A stretch of 32,000 nt of DNA from Acaryochloris thomasi RCC1774 (GTDB lineage: Bacteria; Cyanobacteriota; Cyanobacteriia; Thermosynechococcales; Thermosynechococcaceae). How positions within the stretch are numbered: the stretch's first letter is position 1; each line of letters starts with the position of its first letter. Positions 14,838 through 23,189 of this stretch are shown here, piece by piece. The translations under genes and the position numbers were made by a program. Under the pieces are notes generated by a model. The model made no database searches and was not told the DNA's origin. It was given only the letters and a program-made list of their open reading frames with translations. The stretch is from assembly GCF_003231495.1 (NCBI RefSeq), contig NZ_PQWO01000003.1, positions 90,001 to 122,000 of the forward strand, read 5' to 3'.

Positions 14838-16982
14838 TCAGCCTTTTACAATTTCTCCAAAATCAGCCAGCACACGGGCCTGATTGCGTAGAACTCCGAG
14901 CAAATTTAGGCGGTTCTGCTTCAGTGCTGCATCTTCTGCCATTACCAAAACACTATCTGGACCGTTAAAGAATGCGCTCACTTTTGGAGCACTTTCCGCT
15001 AGTCCCTTTACCAATCGCTGATAATCTCGCTGCTCCTGTGCGGCTTGCACCTCTGGCAACAGCTTATTTAACGCGGCATAAAAAGCTGACTCTGAATCTT
15101 GCTCAAAGCGTTTAGCATCCACCACGGTTGTTGCATCTAAAACGTTGAACTCTAGATTGCCCTTGCTTGCCAGTCGTGCGGCCCGGTTGACAGTTTCATA
15201 GATACCACCAAGCGTCTTGTCATCCCGAATCTGCTGCAGGAATTTAGCGCGATCGCAAACATCCAAAACATCCACCAGCGCCCTCTGCGTATATTCGGGG
15301 TCGTCGGTCCCCAACACAGCATTCACAAGATCATAATCAATCTTCAGCTCATCCTGAAGCAGACTGCGAATCCGCACTAAGAAAAACTCCTGAAGCTTCT
15401 GCTGGAGTTCTGCCGCCGGCATCGACTTCTCTACGGTCTCAGCACAGGTCGCCGCCGTATCGAACAGAAGCTGATGCAAGTTCAGCGGCAGTTGAGCATC
15501 CCAAGTAATATTGATAATCGCATTTGCCGATCGCCGCAGGGCAAAGGGATCTGACGAACCAGTGGGAATCAAGCCCAGGCAAAAAATGCTCACGAGGGTG
15601 TCTAGACGATCTGCAATCGCAACCACCTGACCGGGCAAACTCTGGGGCAAATCATCATCGGCTCCCTTGGGTAAATAATGCTCACCAATCGCAGTCGCCA
15701 CCGCCTCCGGCTCACCACTGGCCGTCGCATACTTTTGTCCCATCAATCCCTGCAGCTCTGGGAACTCCCCCACCATTTGAGTCACAAGATCTGCCTTACA
15801 AAGCTGAGCTGCCCGTTTAACAATGGCTTGAGCATTTTTATCAAGCTGGAGCTGATCCACAATCCGCTGAGCGTTTTGCTCAATTCGGTCAGTCTTCAGA
15901 CGCACTGACCCCAAGTCTTCTTGGAAAGTGACTGTCTCTAGCTTGGGTAAATACTCATCGAGCTTGACGCCCTGATCGGCTTTATAGAAGAACTGACCAT
16001 CAGACAAACGCGCCCGAATGACTCGCTCATTCCCAGCCGAAATAATTTCGGACTTAGCCGGATCACCGTTAGAGATGGTAATGAAATGGGGCAATAGCTG
16101 ACTCGATTTGACCACCGGAAAGTAGCGCTGGTGGCTAATCATCTCGGTCGTGATCACTTCAGTGGGCAGCTCTAGGAATTCCGACTCAAATCCACCGCCA
16201 ACGGCTGTCGGCCATTCTACTAAATGCGTCACTTCTTGAAGCAAGGAATCACGGATATCCGCTTTGCCGCCCAGTTTCTTGGCGACCGCTTCGATTTGTT
16301 CGGCGATTTTTGTTTGTCGCTGATCTTGATCCACCTGCACAAAGGCAGCTTCGAGCGATGCGATATAGTCCTGGGCGTGAGGAATCGATATCGGCTCTGG
16401 ATGGAGAACGCGATGGCCCTGAGAGATGCGATCGCAACTAATCTTCCCGCCTCCATTTTCAAGTTCTAGCGGCAAAACCTCATCGTTGTATAAAGACACC
16501 AGCCAGCGAATTGGACGCGAGAACCGCAGGTCGCCATCGCGCCAGCGCATGAACCGCTTACCTTCCAGCCCAAAAATCCATTGAGGAATAAGCTCGGGCA
16601 ATACATCTTTAGCGGGCTGGCCCAGCGTTGTTTTTTGTACAAAGATGAATTCGCCTTTATCTGTCTCGCGCAGCTCAAAATCTGCAATCTCTACACCCTG
16701 CTTACGGGCAAAACCTTCTGCAGCCTTTGTGGGCTGGCCGTCTTTGAAGGCGGCTTTGGAGGGTGGACCTTTAATTTCTTCGGCCTGATCCGGCTGTTGT
16801 TCAGGGAGACCTGTGACCAAAACGGCTATCCGTCGAGGGGTTCCGTATACGTCGATGCGCTCAGGCGTGAGTCGATTTTCTTCAAGACTTTGCGGGATCT
16901 GGGTTTGCCACTGTGCGATCGCAGACGCCACAAATGCTGCGGGTAATTCTTCTGTTCCGACTTCTAATAAAAAGGTCGCCAT
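14838..16982 (-). CDS. glyS: glycine--tRNA ligase beta subunit
   Basis: Canonical N-terminus [15 protein letters not shown]. Length is 714 aa, with family resemblance throughout (HQRYFPV, DPFALRR). Confidence 0.95.
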   Translation of the reverse strand: MATFLLEVGTEELPAAFVASAIAQWQTQIPQSLEENRLTPERIDVYGTPRRIAVLVTGLPEQQPDQAEEIKGPPSKAAFKDGQPTKAAEGFARKQGVEIADFELRETDKGEFIFVQKTTLGQPAKDVLPELIPQWIFGLEGKRFMRWRDGDLRFSRPIRWLVSLYNDEVLPLELENGGGKISCDRISQGHRVLHPEPISIPHAQDYIASLEAAFVQVDQDQRQTKIAEQIEAVAKKLGGKADIRDSLLQEVTHLVEWPTAVGGGFESEFLELPTEVITTEMISHQRYFPVVKSSQLLPHFITISNGDPAKSEIISAGNERVIRARLSDGQFFYKADQGVKLDEYLPKLETVTFQEDLGSVRLKTDRIEQNAQRIVDQLQLDKNAQAIVKRAAQLCKADLVTQMVGEFPELQGLMGQKYATASGEPEAVATAIGEHYLPKGADDDLPQSLPGQVVAIADRLDTLVSIFCLGLIPTGSSDPFALRRSANAIINITWDAQLPLNLHQLLFDTAATCAETVEKSMPAAELQQKLQEFFLVRIRSLLQDELKIDYDLVNAVLGTDDPEYTQRALVDVLDVCDRAKFLQQIRDDKTLGGIYETVNRAARLASKGNLEFNVLDATTVVDAKRFEQDSESAFYAALNKLLPEVQAAQEQRDYQRLVKGLAESAPKVSAFFNGPDSVLVMAEDAALKQNRLNLLGVLRNQARVLADFGEIVKG

Positions 16983-17051
16983 TGGCCCCCCAGATCACTG
17001 CTACTGTAGCCCGCAGGCCATTGCTATCACAGTGTATCGCGGGACGCACGA

Positions 17052-17660
17052 TCAAACCTGCAGCAGTTGCTCAACCGTCAGTAAAAGTTCCGGGAACGTT
17101 TGAGAAATAATCGGTTCAGCACCACTGAATTTCTGTCGCTCATACTGACCTTGATCATTCAAACAAAACACAAAGACGCTCGGAACTTTAGGGTTACCCA
17201 AATCAGCCCTCGGACCAAGCGCCAAATAATCAACCACCCAATATTCTGGAATTCCTAGACGGGCATATTCATCGAGCTTATCGATATAGTCATCTTCCCA
17301 ATTCGTTGACACAACTTCTACTGCTAGCTGCAGCGGTTCTCTCAGCGCACTATAAGCTTCCCGATTCGCTTCCCACACATTGCGGTTTACCACGCTCACA
17401 TCAGGGTGACGCCCCTGTTCTTGTCCTTCCGGGGTTAGCGTACAAACAACAATCCGAACAGAAACACGATAGTTGAGCTGCCGATGCCGAACTTCTGCTT
17501 TAAGAACATCAGCTGCAAAATCAGAGATATCCTCATGTCGGCGAGTCGCCAGAATTCTCACGATTTCTCCATTAACCAGTTCATAGCGCCCGCCATCAGG
17601 ATAGAACTCAAGAAACTGATCAAAATCGAGCTGTAATTTGGATTGAGCTGCGAGGGTCAT
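17052..17660 (-). CDS. Uma2-family (DUF820) PD-(D/E)xK endonuclease-like protein
   Basis: YELVNGEIV, HPDVSVV, LAVEVVSTNWEDDYIDKLDEYARLGIPEYWVVD are the typical Uma2 motif series. Start moved to ATG 17660; the track start is TTG. Confidence 0.85.
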   Translation of the reverse strand: MTLAAQSKLQLDFDQFLEFYPDGGRYELVNGEIVRILATRRHEDISDFAADVLKAEVRHRQLNYRVSVRIVVCTLTPEGQEQGRHPDVSVVNRNVWEANREAYSALREPLQLAVEVVSTNWEDDYIDKLDEYARLGIPEYWVVDYLALGPRADLGNPKVPSVFVFCLNDQGQYERQKFSGAEPIISQTFPELLLTVEQLLQV

Positions 17661-17829
17661 AGGCAAACGCCTCTACTTTGATTTATAGCCTTCGACATAT
17701 TGATTAGGACATTAAGGCGACTGAAAACGATGTATGCCAAAGCAGTGCTGTCCTAACTCAGCTAGCGACGGCTATAGCTCTATGATAAACAACGACTTAA
17801 GATAAAACGCAAGCTCATCAGTGCCAACA

Positions 17830-18399
17830 CTAACCTAGCGGAAACTCCTGGCAAATCTCCCAACGCTGTCCGTTGTGGTAAAGGAGCGTCAGAGCTGCCA
17901 CCTTAAATTGAGTCTCAAAAGCCTGATCTTTGAACTCGGTCCAGCCTGCATGAAAATTAGACTTACTCAAGTCTCGAAAAGCCACAGTCATGTGGGGCAC
18001 AAAAGCCCGACCTTTCCCAGCTCGATCAGCAATTCCCCATTCAGAAGCAAAGTACCGAGCAACCTCAGCCTGTAGAGCCATCAATTCTGCCGTCTCTACA
18101 ACATTGATATAAATTACCCGAGGTGCAAACGCAGCGAACCCAGACAAATGCATTGGGACAGAAGCCTGCAAAGCCGCAAAATCAGCAAGTCCGTTTGCTA
18201 ACTCTGTAGGAATGAAGCTGGTAGAATCCTCAACATCTGGAACAGGTGGCGACCACTCAAAGGGCGACTGCAGCGTAATGTGAGGCGGCGAGTTAAACGC
18301 TTTTCGACTCTGGTAGCGAGCGGCGAAGTGCTGCTTTATGCGACAAACTTCCGCCTGAATATCATCGGGCGGAAGCAAGGCGACAAAATAACGTGCCAC
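17830..18399 (-). CDS. 2H phosphoesterase superfamily protein (2'-5' RNA ligase / LigT-like)
   Basis: Two HxT/S motifs in the expected positions: PPHITLQSPF and VPHMTVAF. The N-terminus MARYFVALLPP is typical. GTG start, 20 nt downstream of the rpmB stop. Confidence 0.8.
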   Translation of the reverse strand: MARYFVALLPPDDIQAEVCRIKQHFAARYQSRKAFNSPPHITLQSPFEWSPPVPDVEDSTSFIPTELANGLADFAALQASVPMHLSGFAAFAPRVIYINVVETAELMALQAEVARYFASEWGIADRAGKGRAFVPHMTVAFRDLSKSNFHAGWTEFKDQAFETQFKVAALTLLYHNGQRWEICQEFPLG

Positions 18400-18419
18400 T
18401 TGTTAGAAGTAGCGACCGA

Positions 18420-18656
18420 CTAAAAGTGAGCGAGATTGATTCCAGCTTCTCTAGCGAAGGCACTCAGCCCTTTCTTCTCTATGCTTTTGATTGCTTTTGT
18501 CGAAAGTCTTAGCTTGACCCAGCGCTTACCCTGAGGCCACCAGACTCGCTTCCACTGCAGATTTGCTTCCTGCAGTTTTTTGGTGCGACGGTGTGAGTGC
18601 GAGACGGCATAGCCGTTGTTTGCCTTCTTACCGGTGAGTTGACATTTACGGCCCAT
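18420..18656 (-). CDS. rpmB: 50S ribosomal protein L28
   Basis: [34 protein letters not shown]... is the canonical L28 sequence. The internal ATG at 18656 (78 aa) is used, because the track's 14-codon extension runs almost into the tRNA. Confidence 0.93.
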   Translation of the reverse strand: MGRKCQLTGKKANNGYAVSHSHRRTKKLQEANLQWKRVWWPQGKRWVKLRLSTKAIKSIEKKGLSAFAREAGINLAHF

Positions 18657-18704
18657 GTGTCTAATCGTCCTGTTGAAAGACGCCTGATCGTTGTACAAAA
18701 CAAG

Positions 18705-18793
18705 CGGAGAGGGAGGGATTCGAACCCTCGATGAGGTTTAATCCCCATAACTCCTTAGCAGGGAGCCGCTTTCAACCGCTCAGCCACCTCTCC
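18705..18793 (-). tRNA. tRNA-Ser (anticodon GCU), class II with long variable arm
   Basis: The hand-folded reverse complement is GGAGAGG-TG-GCTGAGCGGTTGAAAGC-G-GCTCC-CTGCTAA-GGAGT-(TATGGGGATTAAACCTCAT)-C-GAGGG-TTCGAAT-CCCTC-CCTCTCC-G. The acceptor stem is a perfect 7 bp, the T-loop is TTCGAAT, and the discriminator is G73. CCA is not encoded. Confidence 0.9.
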
Positions 18794-18808
18794 AAGTAAG
18801 CAGATCCA

Positions 18809-18814
18809 ATAATA
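18809..18814 (-). promoter_or_regulatory. candidate -10 box (TATTAT) for the tRNA-Ser / rpmB transcript
   Basis: The reverse complement of ataata (18809-18814) is TATTAT, 15 nt upstream of the tRNA 5' end. The -35 candidate (TTCCTA, 16-nt spacer) is poor. Confidence 0.25.
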
Positions 18815-18845
18815 ACAGATATGCCTGAGATAGGAAGCATGTTTA

Positions 18846-20066
18846 TTAGGTTGAGGTAGCAGACCGCCCGTGCAGCCCAGCCATAAACTTTAGAGACCAC
18901 ACCTTAAGGGGCGGAATCCTCTGCATCACCTGCAGGCCCAGGCGCCGCACCTGCACCAATGGGAACCACTGATTCGAGAAGGTGCGGTTGAGAATATCGG
19001 TAAATCCCAGTGAGAGCAAGTTTTGCTGACGCCGCCAGCTCTGATAGCGACGCAGCACCATTAAGCTGCCGATATCTTCACCATGCTGATGGGCCACTGT
19101 TAACACCTGTGCCAGCGTCGCAGCATCACGAATACCCAGGTTCAGGCCTTGCCCACCGACCGGGTGGCAGGAATGGGCTGCGTCTCCCACCAACGCTAGG
19201 CGGGGCTGTACATAGCGGTTGGCATGCATCCACTTAGCTGGAAAGAGATGGCGTTTGCCTACCAGCGACAGCTGCCCCATCTGGTTGCCATAGCGATGGT
19301 GGAGCTGGTCAATAAACTGATCGTCATTGAGATCCAAAAGAGCCTGAGCTTCTTTGTGAGGCGCAGTCCAGACAACCCGGCACTCATCTTTAGCTGAGGG
19401 CAGAATCGCAAAGGGACCGCTGGGCCAAAACTTTTCGTAGGCAATATTGTCGTGATGCTTTTCAGGGGCAATCGTTGCGACCACGCAAGACTGCCAGTAA
19501 GGCCAACCGTGGGTTTTAATACCCGCCTGCTGTCGGACTTGCGATTTAGCCCCATCGGCTGCCACCACCATCCGCACCCGCAGCGACTCGCCGGAAGCAA
19601 GCTGAAGCGTGGCTCCCTTGGCGTCATAGTCAGTCGTCGTCACCTGAGCCGGACAGTGCCAGTCCACTTGCTCACAAGTGGTCAAAAAGCTCTGCAGCTC
19701 CTGTAGCAAAATCCGGTGCTTAGCGACGTAGCCAATAGCTTTAGCCTGCAGCTCAGAGGACTCGAACTCAACGACGTGGGGCGAATCAGCATCTGAGAGG
19801 CGCACCTGCCGGAAAAACTCGATCTGGGATTCAATCTGTGGCCAGACGCCAATATCGTCAAAGACCTGCCGAGAACTTTGATGAATGGCGTAGGCTTGTC
19901 CCTTGGCAATGGCATCCGATTGGGATTGGGCTTCAATAATTGCGATCGCAAGTCCCGAGTGTTTGAGCGAAGCAGCCAGGGTGGCTCCAACGACTCCACC
20001 GCCAACAATGGCAATATCGTAATCAAAGACAGCGGGCTTAGCGGAACAGGCTACATCCTGAGACAT
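18846..20066 (-). CDS. FAD-dependent aromatic-ring hydroxylase, UbiH/UbiF/COQ6 family
   Basis: Dinucleotide-binding motif DIAIVGGGVVGATLAASL, and FAD-binding motifs VVAADGAKSQVR and LALVGDAAHSCHPVGGQGLNLG. Start moved to ATG 20066; the track start is TTG 20153. Confidence 0.85.
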   Translation of the reverse strand: MSQDVACSAKPAVFDYDIAIVGGGVVGATLAASLKHSGLAIAIIEAQSQSDAIAKGQAYAIHQSSRQVFDDIGVWPQIESQIEFFRQVRLSDADSPHVVEFESSELQAKAIGYVAKHRILLQELQSFLTTCEQVDWHCPAQVTTTDYDAKGATLQLASGESLRVRMVVAADGAKSQVRQQAGIKTHGWPYWQSCVVATIAPEKHHDNIAYEKFWPSGPFAILPSAKDECRVVWTAPHKEAQALLDLNDDQFIDQLHHRYGNQMGQLSLVGKRHLFPAKWMHANRYVQPRLALVGDAAHSCHPVGGQGLNLGIRDAATLAQVLTVAHQHGEDIGSLMVLRRYQSWRRQQNLLSLGFTDILNRTFSNQWFPLVQVRRLGLQVMQRIPPLKVWSLKFMAGLHGRSATST

Positions 20067-20200
20067 AGAGGAAGCTTTACAGAACATTACATGTCTATTT
20101 TGACCTGTATACACACTTCCGGGCAACTTCAAAGCGTAGATCCGTCGCCGCAAACCAAGCTAAGGTGAGCGCCAGAGCCATCTCTCACACTTCTAGACCT

Positions 20201-21877
20201 ATGGCTAACTCTTTGATTTCCAATCGTCGCTTTCAAGTCACGACCGTTCTGATTTTGGTTGCCAGTGCAATCTTCTTCGGTTGGAATTTAAATGGCTATA
20301 GCCTGATCAATATCACTGAAGCTCGACAGGCGGAGATTGCTCGCCAGATGTGGCTGACCCACGACTGGATTACCCCCCGCTACAACGGCGCACCCTATTT
20401 CGATAAGCCCGCGCTTTTGCACTGGCTGATGGCTCTGGGCTTTACGGTATTTGGTCCCCAGGAGTGGGTTGTGCGGCTGCCGTCGGTTATGGGTGCGATC
20501 GCAACTCTCCTCACCACTTGGATCTTTCTCAACGCTGTCGCCACTCGACGGCTGGCCCTAATCACCACAGGGATCCTCGCGGCAAATCCTTTTACTTGGG
20601 CATTAGGCCGCATCGGTTTCCACGATATGTTAATGGCCTGCTTTATGACAGTGGCCCTCTATTTATGGTTCTGGGCCGACCATCAACAGCGGCGAACGGC
20701 TTATGTGTGGTCCTGCGGATGTCTCGCCCTAGCGACGCTGGCGAAAGGCCCTTTGGCTCTTTTGCTGTGCCTGTTAATCTTGCCGATCTTTTACCTCTGG
20801 TCAGGCAAACGCCCCAAAGCAATTCCCTGGGGGCAGGGATTACTGGTCTTTAGCATGCTGGCTGGCCCTTGGTATGTCCTGGTAATCCAGGCCAATGGCT
20901 GGGACTACATTCGCTACTTTTTCGGCGAAAGTAACGTTAGCCGGTTCTTGAGCGTCAATCAAAACCAGTGGGGGCCACCCTATTACTATCTATTCAGTCT
21001 TTCCTTCTTTTTCTTCCCCTGGATCATTCTGGTGCCGAGTGCCATCTGGCGAACCGTCCGACAACGATGGCCGATCAGCAGCTCGATTCCGCGTCCACTC
21101 GATCAATTGATGGTGGTCTGGGCGGTCACGGTGCTGATATTCATGAGCTTGGCCGCAACGAAGCTCTCTTGGTATGTTTACCCCGGTCTACCGGCCTTTG
21201 CCTATTTATCGGCTCGGGCCTGGGAGCGGCAGTTCCTCTCACCCCATCGCGGTTTTAGATGGACCGCTGCACTGATGTTTCTGGTCTATGGTGGATTGAT
21301 GGTCGCCCTTGCCACAGGTCGTCTCGGCGATCCGGCCCTTTTGCAGAGCTTGGAAGCCGCTCATCTGCGCTGGCTTTGGGTGGGGGTGTTTGCGATCGCA
21401 TCCATTCTCATCGCGCTAAGCCTTCACCAACAGCAGGTCACCTGGACTGTCATCACTGGAATCGCCACCTTTGGCTGCATCGGGTTCACGAGCGCTCATT
21501 TATTAATGCCCGTTCTAGACGTTCAAGTACTAGACCAGCAGCTTATTCCCATTGCTCAAACGCTGGGTAAGATGACCTGTGACACCTGCTCAACAGACTT
21601 AACCGCAACCTTGGGTCTCCAGCTCCCTAGCCTTAACTTTTACAGTGGCCTGACGCAAATAGAACGATTTGAGCAAGCGTGCCAAATCCCCGCAAAAATT
21701 CAGCCCGATCAAAGGCTTTTACTGATTACGACAGCGGAAGCGGTCGAGGCAGAAGGACTTTCCTTTAAGGCTCACCATATTCAACAGCAGTCGGGTAGAT
21801 TTGAGCTGCTGCAGTTGCCAACAACAGAGCAAAGCGAGTTCAATCGTCAGATTCAGGAACGTTGTTCCCTACCTTAA
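20201..21877 (+). CDS. ArnT-like integral-membrane glycosyltransferase (GT39/GT83, PMT_2 type)
   Basis: About 12 predicted TM segments. The first periplasmic loop, EARQAEIARQMWLTHDWITPRYNGAPYFDKPALLHWLMALGF, parallels E. coli ArnT ETRYAEISREM...DWIVP...YFEKP. Start set to ATG 20201; the track start is GTG 20165. Confidence 0.8.
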   Translation: MANSLISNRRFQVTTVLILVASAIFFGWNLNGYSLINITEARQAEIARQMWLTHDWITPRYNGAPYFDKPALLHWLMALGFTVFGPQEWVVRLPSVMGAIATLLTTWIFLNAVATRRLALITTGILAANPFTWALGRIGFHDMLMACFMTVALYLWFWADHQQRRTAYVWSCGCLALATLAKGPLALLLCLLILPIFYLWSGKRPKAIPWGQGLLVFSMLAGPWYVLVIQANGWDYIRYFFGESNVSRFLSVNQNQWGPPYYYLFSLSFFFFPWIILVPSAIWRTVRQRWPISSSIPRPLDQLMVVWAVTVLIFMSLAATKLSWYVYPGLPAFAYLSARAWERQFLSPHRGFRWTAALMFLVYGGLMVALATGRLGDPALLQSLEAAHLRWLWVGVFAIASILIALSLHQQQVTWTVITGIATFGCIGFTSAHLLMPVLDVQVLDQQLIPIAQTLGKMTCDTCSTDLTATLGLQLPSLNFYSGLTQIERFEQACQIPAKIQPDQRLLLITTAEAVEAEGLSFKAHHIQQQSGRFELLQLPTTEQSEFNRQIQERCSLP

Positions 21878-22023
21878 CGTCAGCTATTTGCAGCCTAAGT
21901 GGGCTATCGCTTTGCATACTTTTTTAAAGACGTGATTTACTAAACCACAGAGAAATTTATGGCACGCTAAGATATCTCTCACTTGCTGCTATCTCAGAGA
22001 ACTACAAACAGGAGGATCACAAC

Positions 22024-22548
22024 ATGACCGCTAAGCTACTGATGCCGCTAGCTCTGTTAGCTGTTCTCGGGCTACCGACGAAGGCAATTGCCCACGTCAT
22101 TGAAACCGATTATCTCTTGCCCTCTCTCGAGGCTACCAGCGACCAAGATGCACCTAGCCTAGAGGCAGAAGGCACAGATAGTTCAGCCATTACATTCACC
22201 TCTCAATTTACGTCGGGTGAACCCTTCAAAAATGGCAAAATCACAATTTATGCGCCGGGCAACGATGAAAAGCCCTGGCTTGTCTCGGAAATGGATGAAA
22301 ACGGCGAATTTGAATTTGAGCCAGACAAGTCCATCGAAGGAGACTGGACCATTGAGATCGGCGAAGGCGGCCACTGGGATAGCTGGACTGTACCGGTGAA
22401 AGCGAAGGGCAAGAGCGTCACCTATGGCGAAATTAGCGATGCATCCTCGCAGTTTCCAGAGATTCCTTCGCAACTCTTGGTGATTGGAGCCGCATGTTTG
22501 TCGGGTGGTGTTGGTTCTGCGCTGCTCCGCCGCAAGCGTTCTGCGTAG
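22024..22548 (+). CDS. secreted, C-terminally membrane-anchored small protein with a beta-sandwich (carboxypeptidase-regulatory-like) core; function unknown
   Basis: A strong AGGAGG lies 8 nt upstream of the ATG. Signal peptide is MTAKLLMPLALLAVLGLPTKAIA, with predicted cleavage leaving an N-terminal His (HVIETDY). The core is ITIYAPGNDEKPWLVSEMDENGEFEFEP...GDWTIEIGEGGHWDSW. The C-terminal TM helix is followed by RRKRSA. Confidence 0.7.
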   Translation: MTAKLLMPLALLAVLGLPTKAIAHVIETDYLLPSLEATSDQDAPSLEAEGTDSSAITFTSQFTSGEPFKNGKITIYAPGNDEKPWLVSEMDENGEFEFEPDKSIEGDWTIEIGEGGHWDSWTVPVKAKGKSVTYGEISDASSQFPEIPSQLLVIGAACLSGGVGSALLRRKRSA

Positions 22549-22565
22549 TTTTCACTGAATTTTCG

Positions 22566-22596
22566 AAAAAGCGGTGCAGGTTTGTACCGCTTTTTT
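22566..22596. terminator. bidirectional intrinsic terminator between convergent genes
   Basis: aaaaa-gcggtgca-ggtt-tgtaccgc-tttttt: an 8-bp stem (one G.U) with a 4-nt loop, flanked by A5 on one side and T6 on the other. Confidence 0.65.
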
Positions 22597-22615
22597 GTTC
22601 GAAGAATGTGGCCCC

Positions 22616-23059
22616 TTAAACAACAAAACTGGCTTCAGAACCTTGAGCGGCCTGCCAGCTACGAGCATCAAAATAAAGATCTTCAAGAGAAATGCTATGC
22701 AGAGCTTCCTGCAGTTTTTGGTGTAGACGCTGCCAGAGATTTGCGGTCACCCAGTCTTCAGCCTGGGCATCAGGCTCGGCCACCCACGGTTCGATGGATT
22801 CTCCCACGGCTTCCAAGATTGCACCCAGTGAGATTTGGCTAGGGTTCTTGGCAAGCTGGTATCCCCCCTGCGGGCCGCGTGTCGATCGGACAAGACCCGC
22901 ACGCCGCAGATCAATCAATAGCTTCTCTAGATAAGGGGCCGGGAGAGTTTGACGGGTTGCGATCGCATTGACAGAGGCTGGGCCAAAATTCGGCTGCAGA
23001 CTCAGGTCCAACAGGGCTTTAACGCTGTAGTGGCCCCGCGTCGTTAGCTTCAGTTTCAT
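22616..23059 (-). CDS. Rrf2-family transcriptional regulator (cysteine-free)
   Basis: MKLKLTTRGHYSVKALLDLS... and RGPQGGYQLAK are typical Rrf2 winged-helix sequence. The 147-aa protein has no Cys, so it cannot bind an Fe-S cluster the way IscR or NsrR do. Confidence 0.88.
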   Translation of the reverse strand: MKLKLTTRGHYSVKALLDLSLQPNFGPASVNAIATRQTLPAPYLEKLLIDLRRAGLVRSTRGPQGGYQLAKNPSQISLGAILEAVGESIEPWVAEPDAQAEDWVTANLWQRLHQKLQEALHSISLEDLYFDARSWQAAQGSEASFVV

Positions 23060-23134
23060 CCTGGCTCAGCAGACTCCCATCATGAATTCAGTTGAAATGC
23101 TCGCTTGGGTAACCTCTACCCCTAAACTATTAAG

Positions 23135-23165
23135 TTGACAGCGCAATTGACCTTGCGCCTATTTT
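23135..23165 (+). promoter_or_regulatory. candidate pyk promoter (TTGACA...TATTTT) containing an 18-bp palindrome, a possible operator
   Basis: TTGACA is at 23135-23140. The palindrome GCGCAA-ttgacc-TTGCGC is at 23141-23158. TATTTT is at 23160-23165 (19-nt spacer, longer than optimal). The site is 32 nt upstream of the pyk ATG and 82 nt upstream of the divergent Rrf2 ATG. Confidence 0.3.
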
Positions 23166-23189
23166 AACTCGGGACCTTATCTGCCATTC

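Noticed and set aside
18657-18748. N-terminal extension of rpmB (to 18698) and ORF 18509-18748.
   Set aside because: Canonical L28 begins [11 protein letters not shown] at 18656. The extension would nearly abut the tRNA-Ser gene, and the 79-aa ORF overlaps both rpmB (out of frame) and the tRNA.
20464-21570. Three same-strand alternative-frame ORFs inside the ArnT-like gene (20464-20853, 20968-21258, 21259-21570), which could suggest a frameshifted pseudogene.
   Set aside because: The 558-aa main frame is uninterrupted and hydrophobic throughout, with ArnT-like motifs. The alternative frames are Arg/Pro/Gly-rich, as is typical of off-frame translation of G+C-rich membrane-protein genes.
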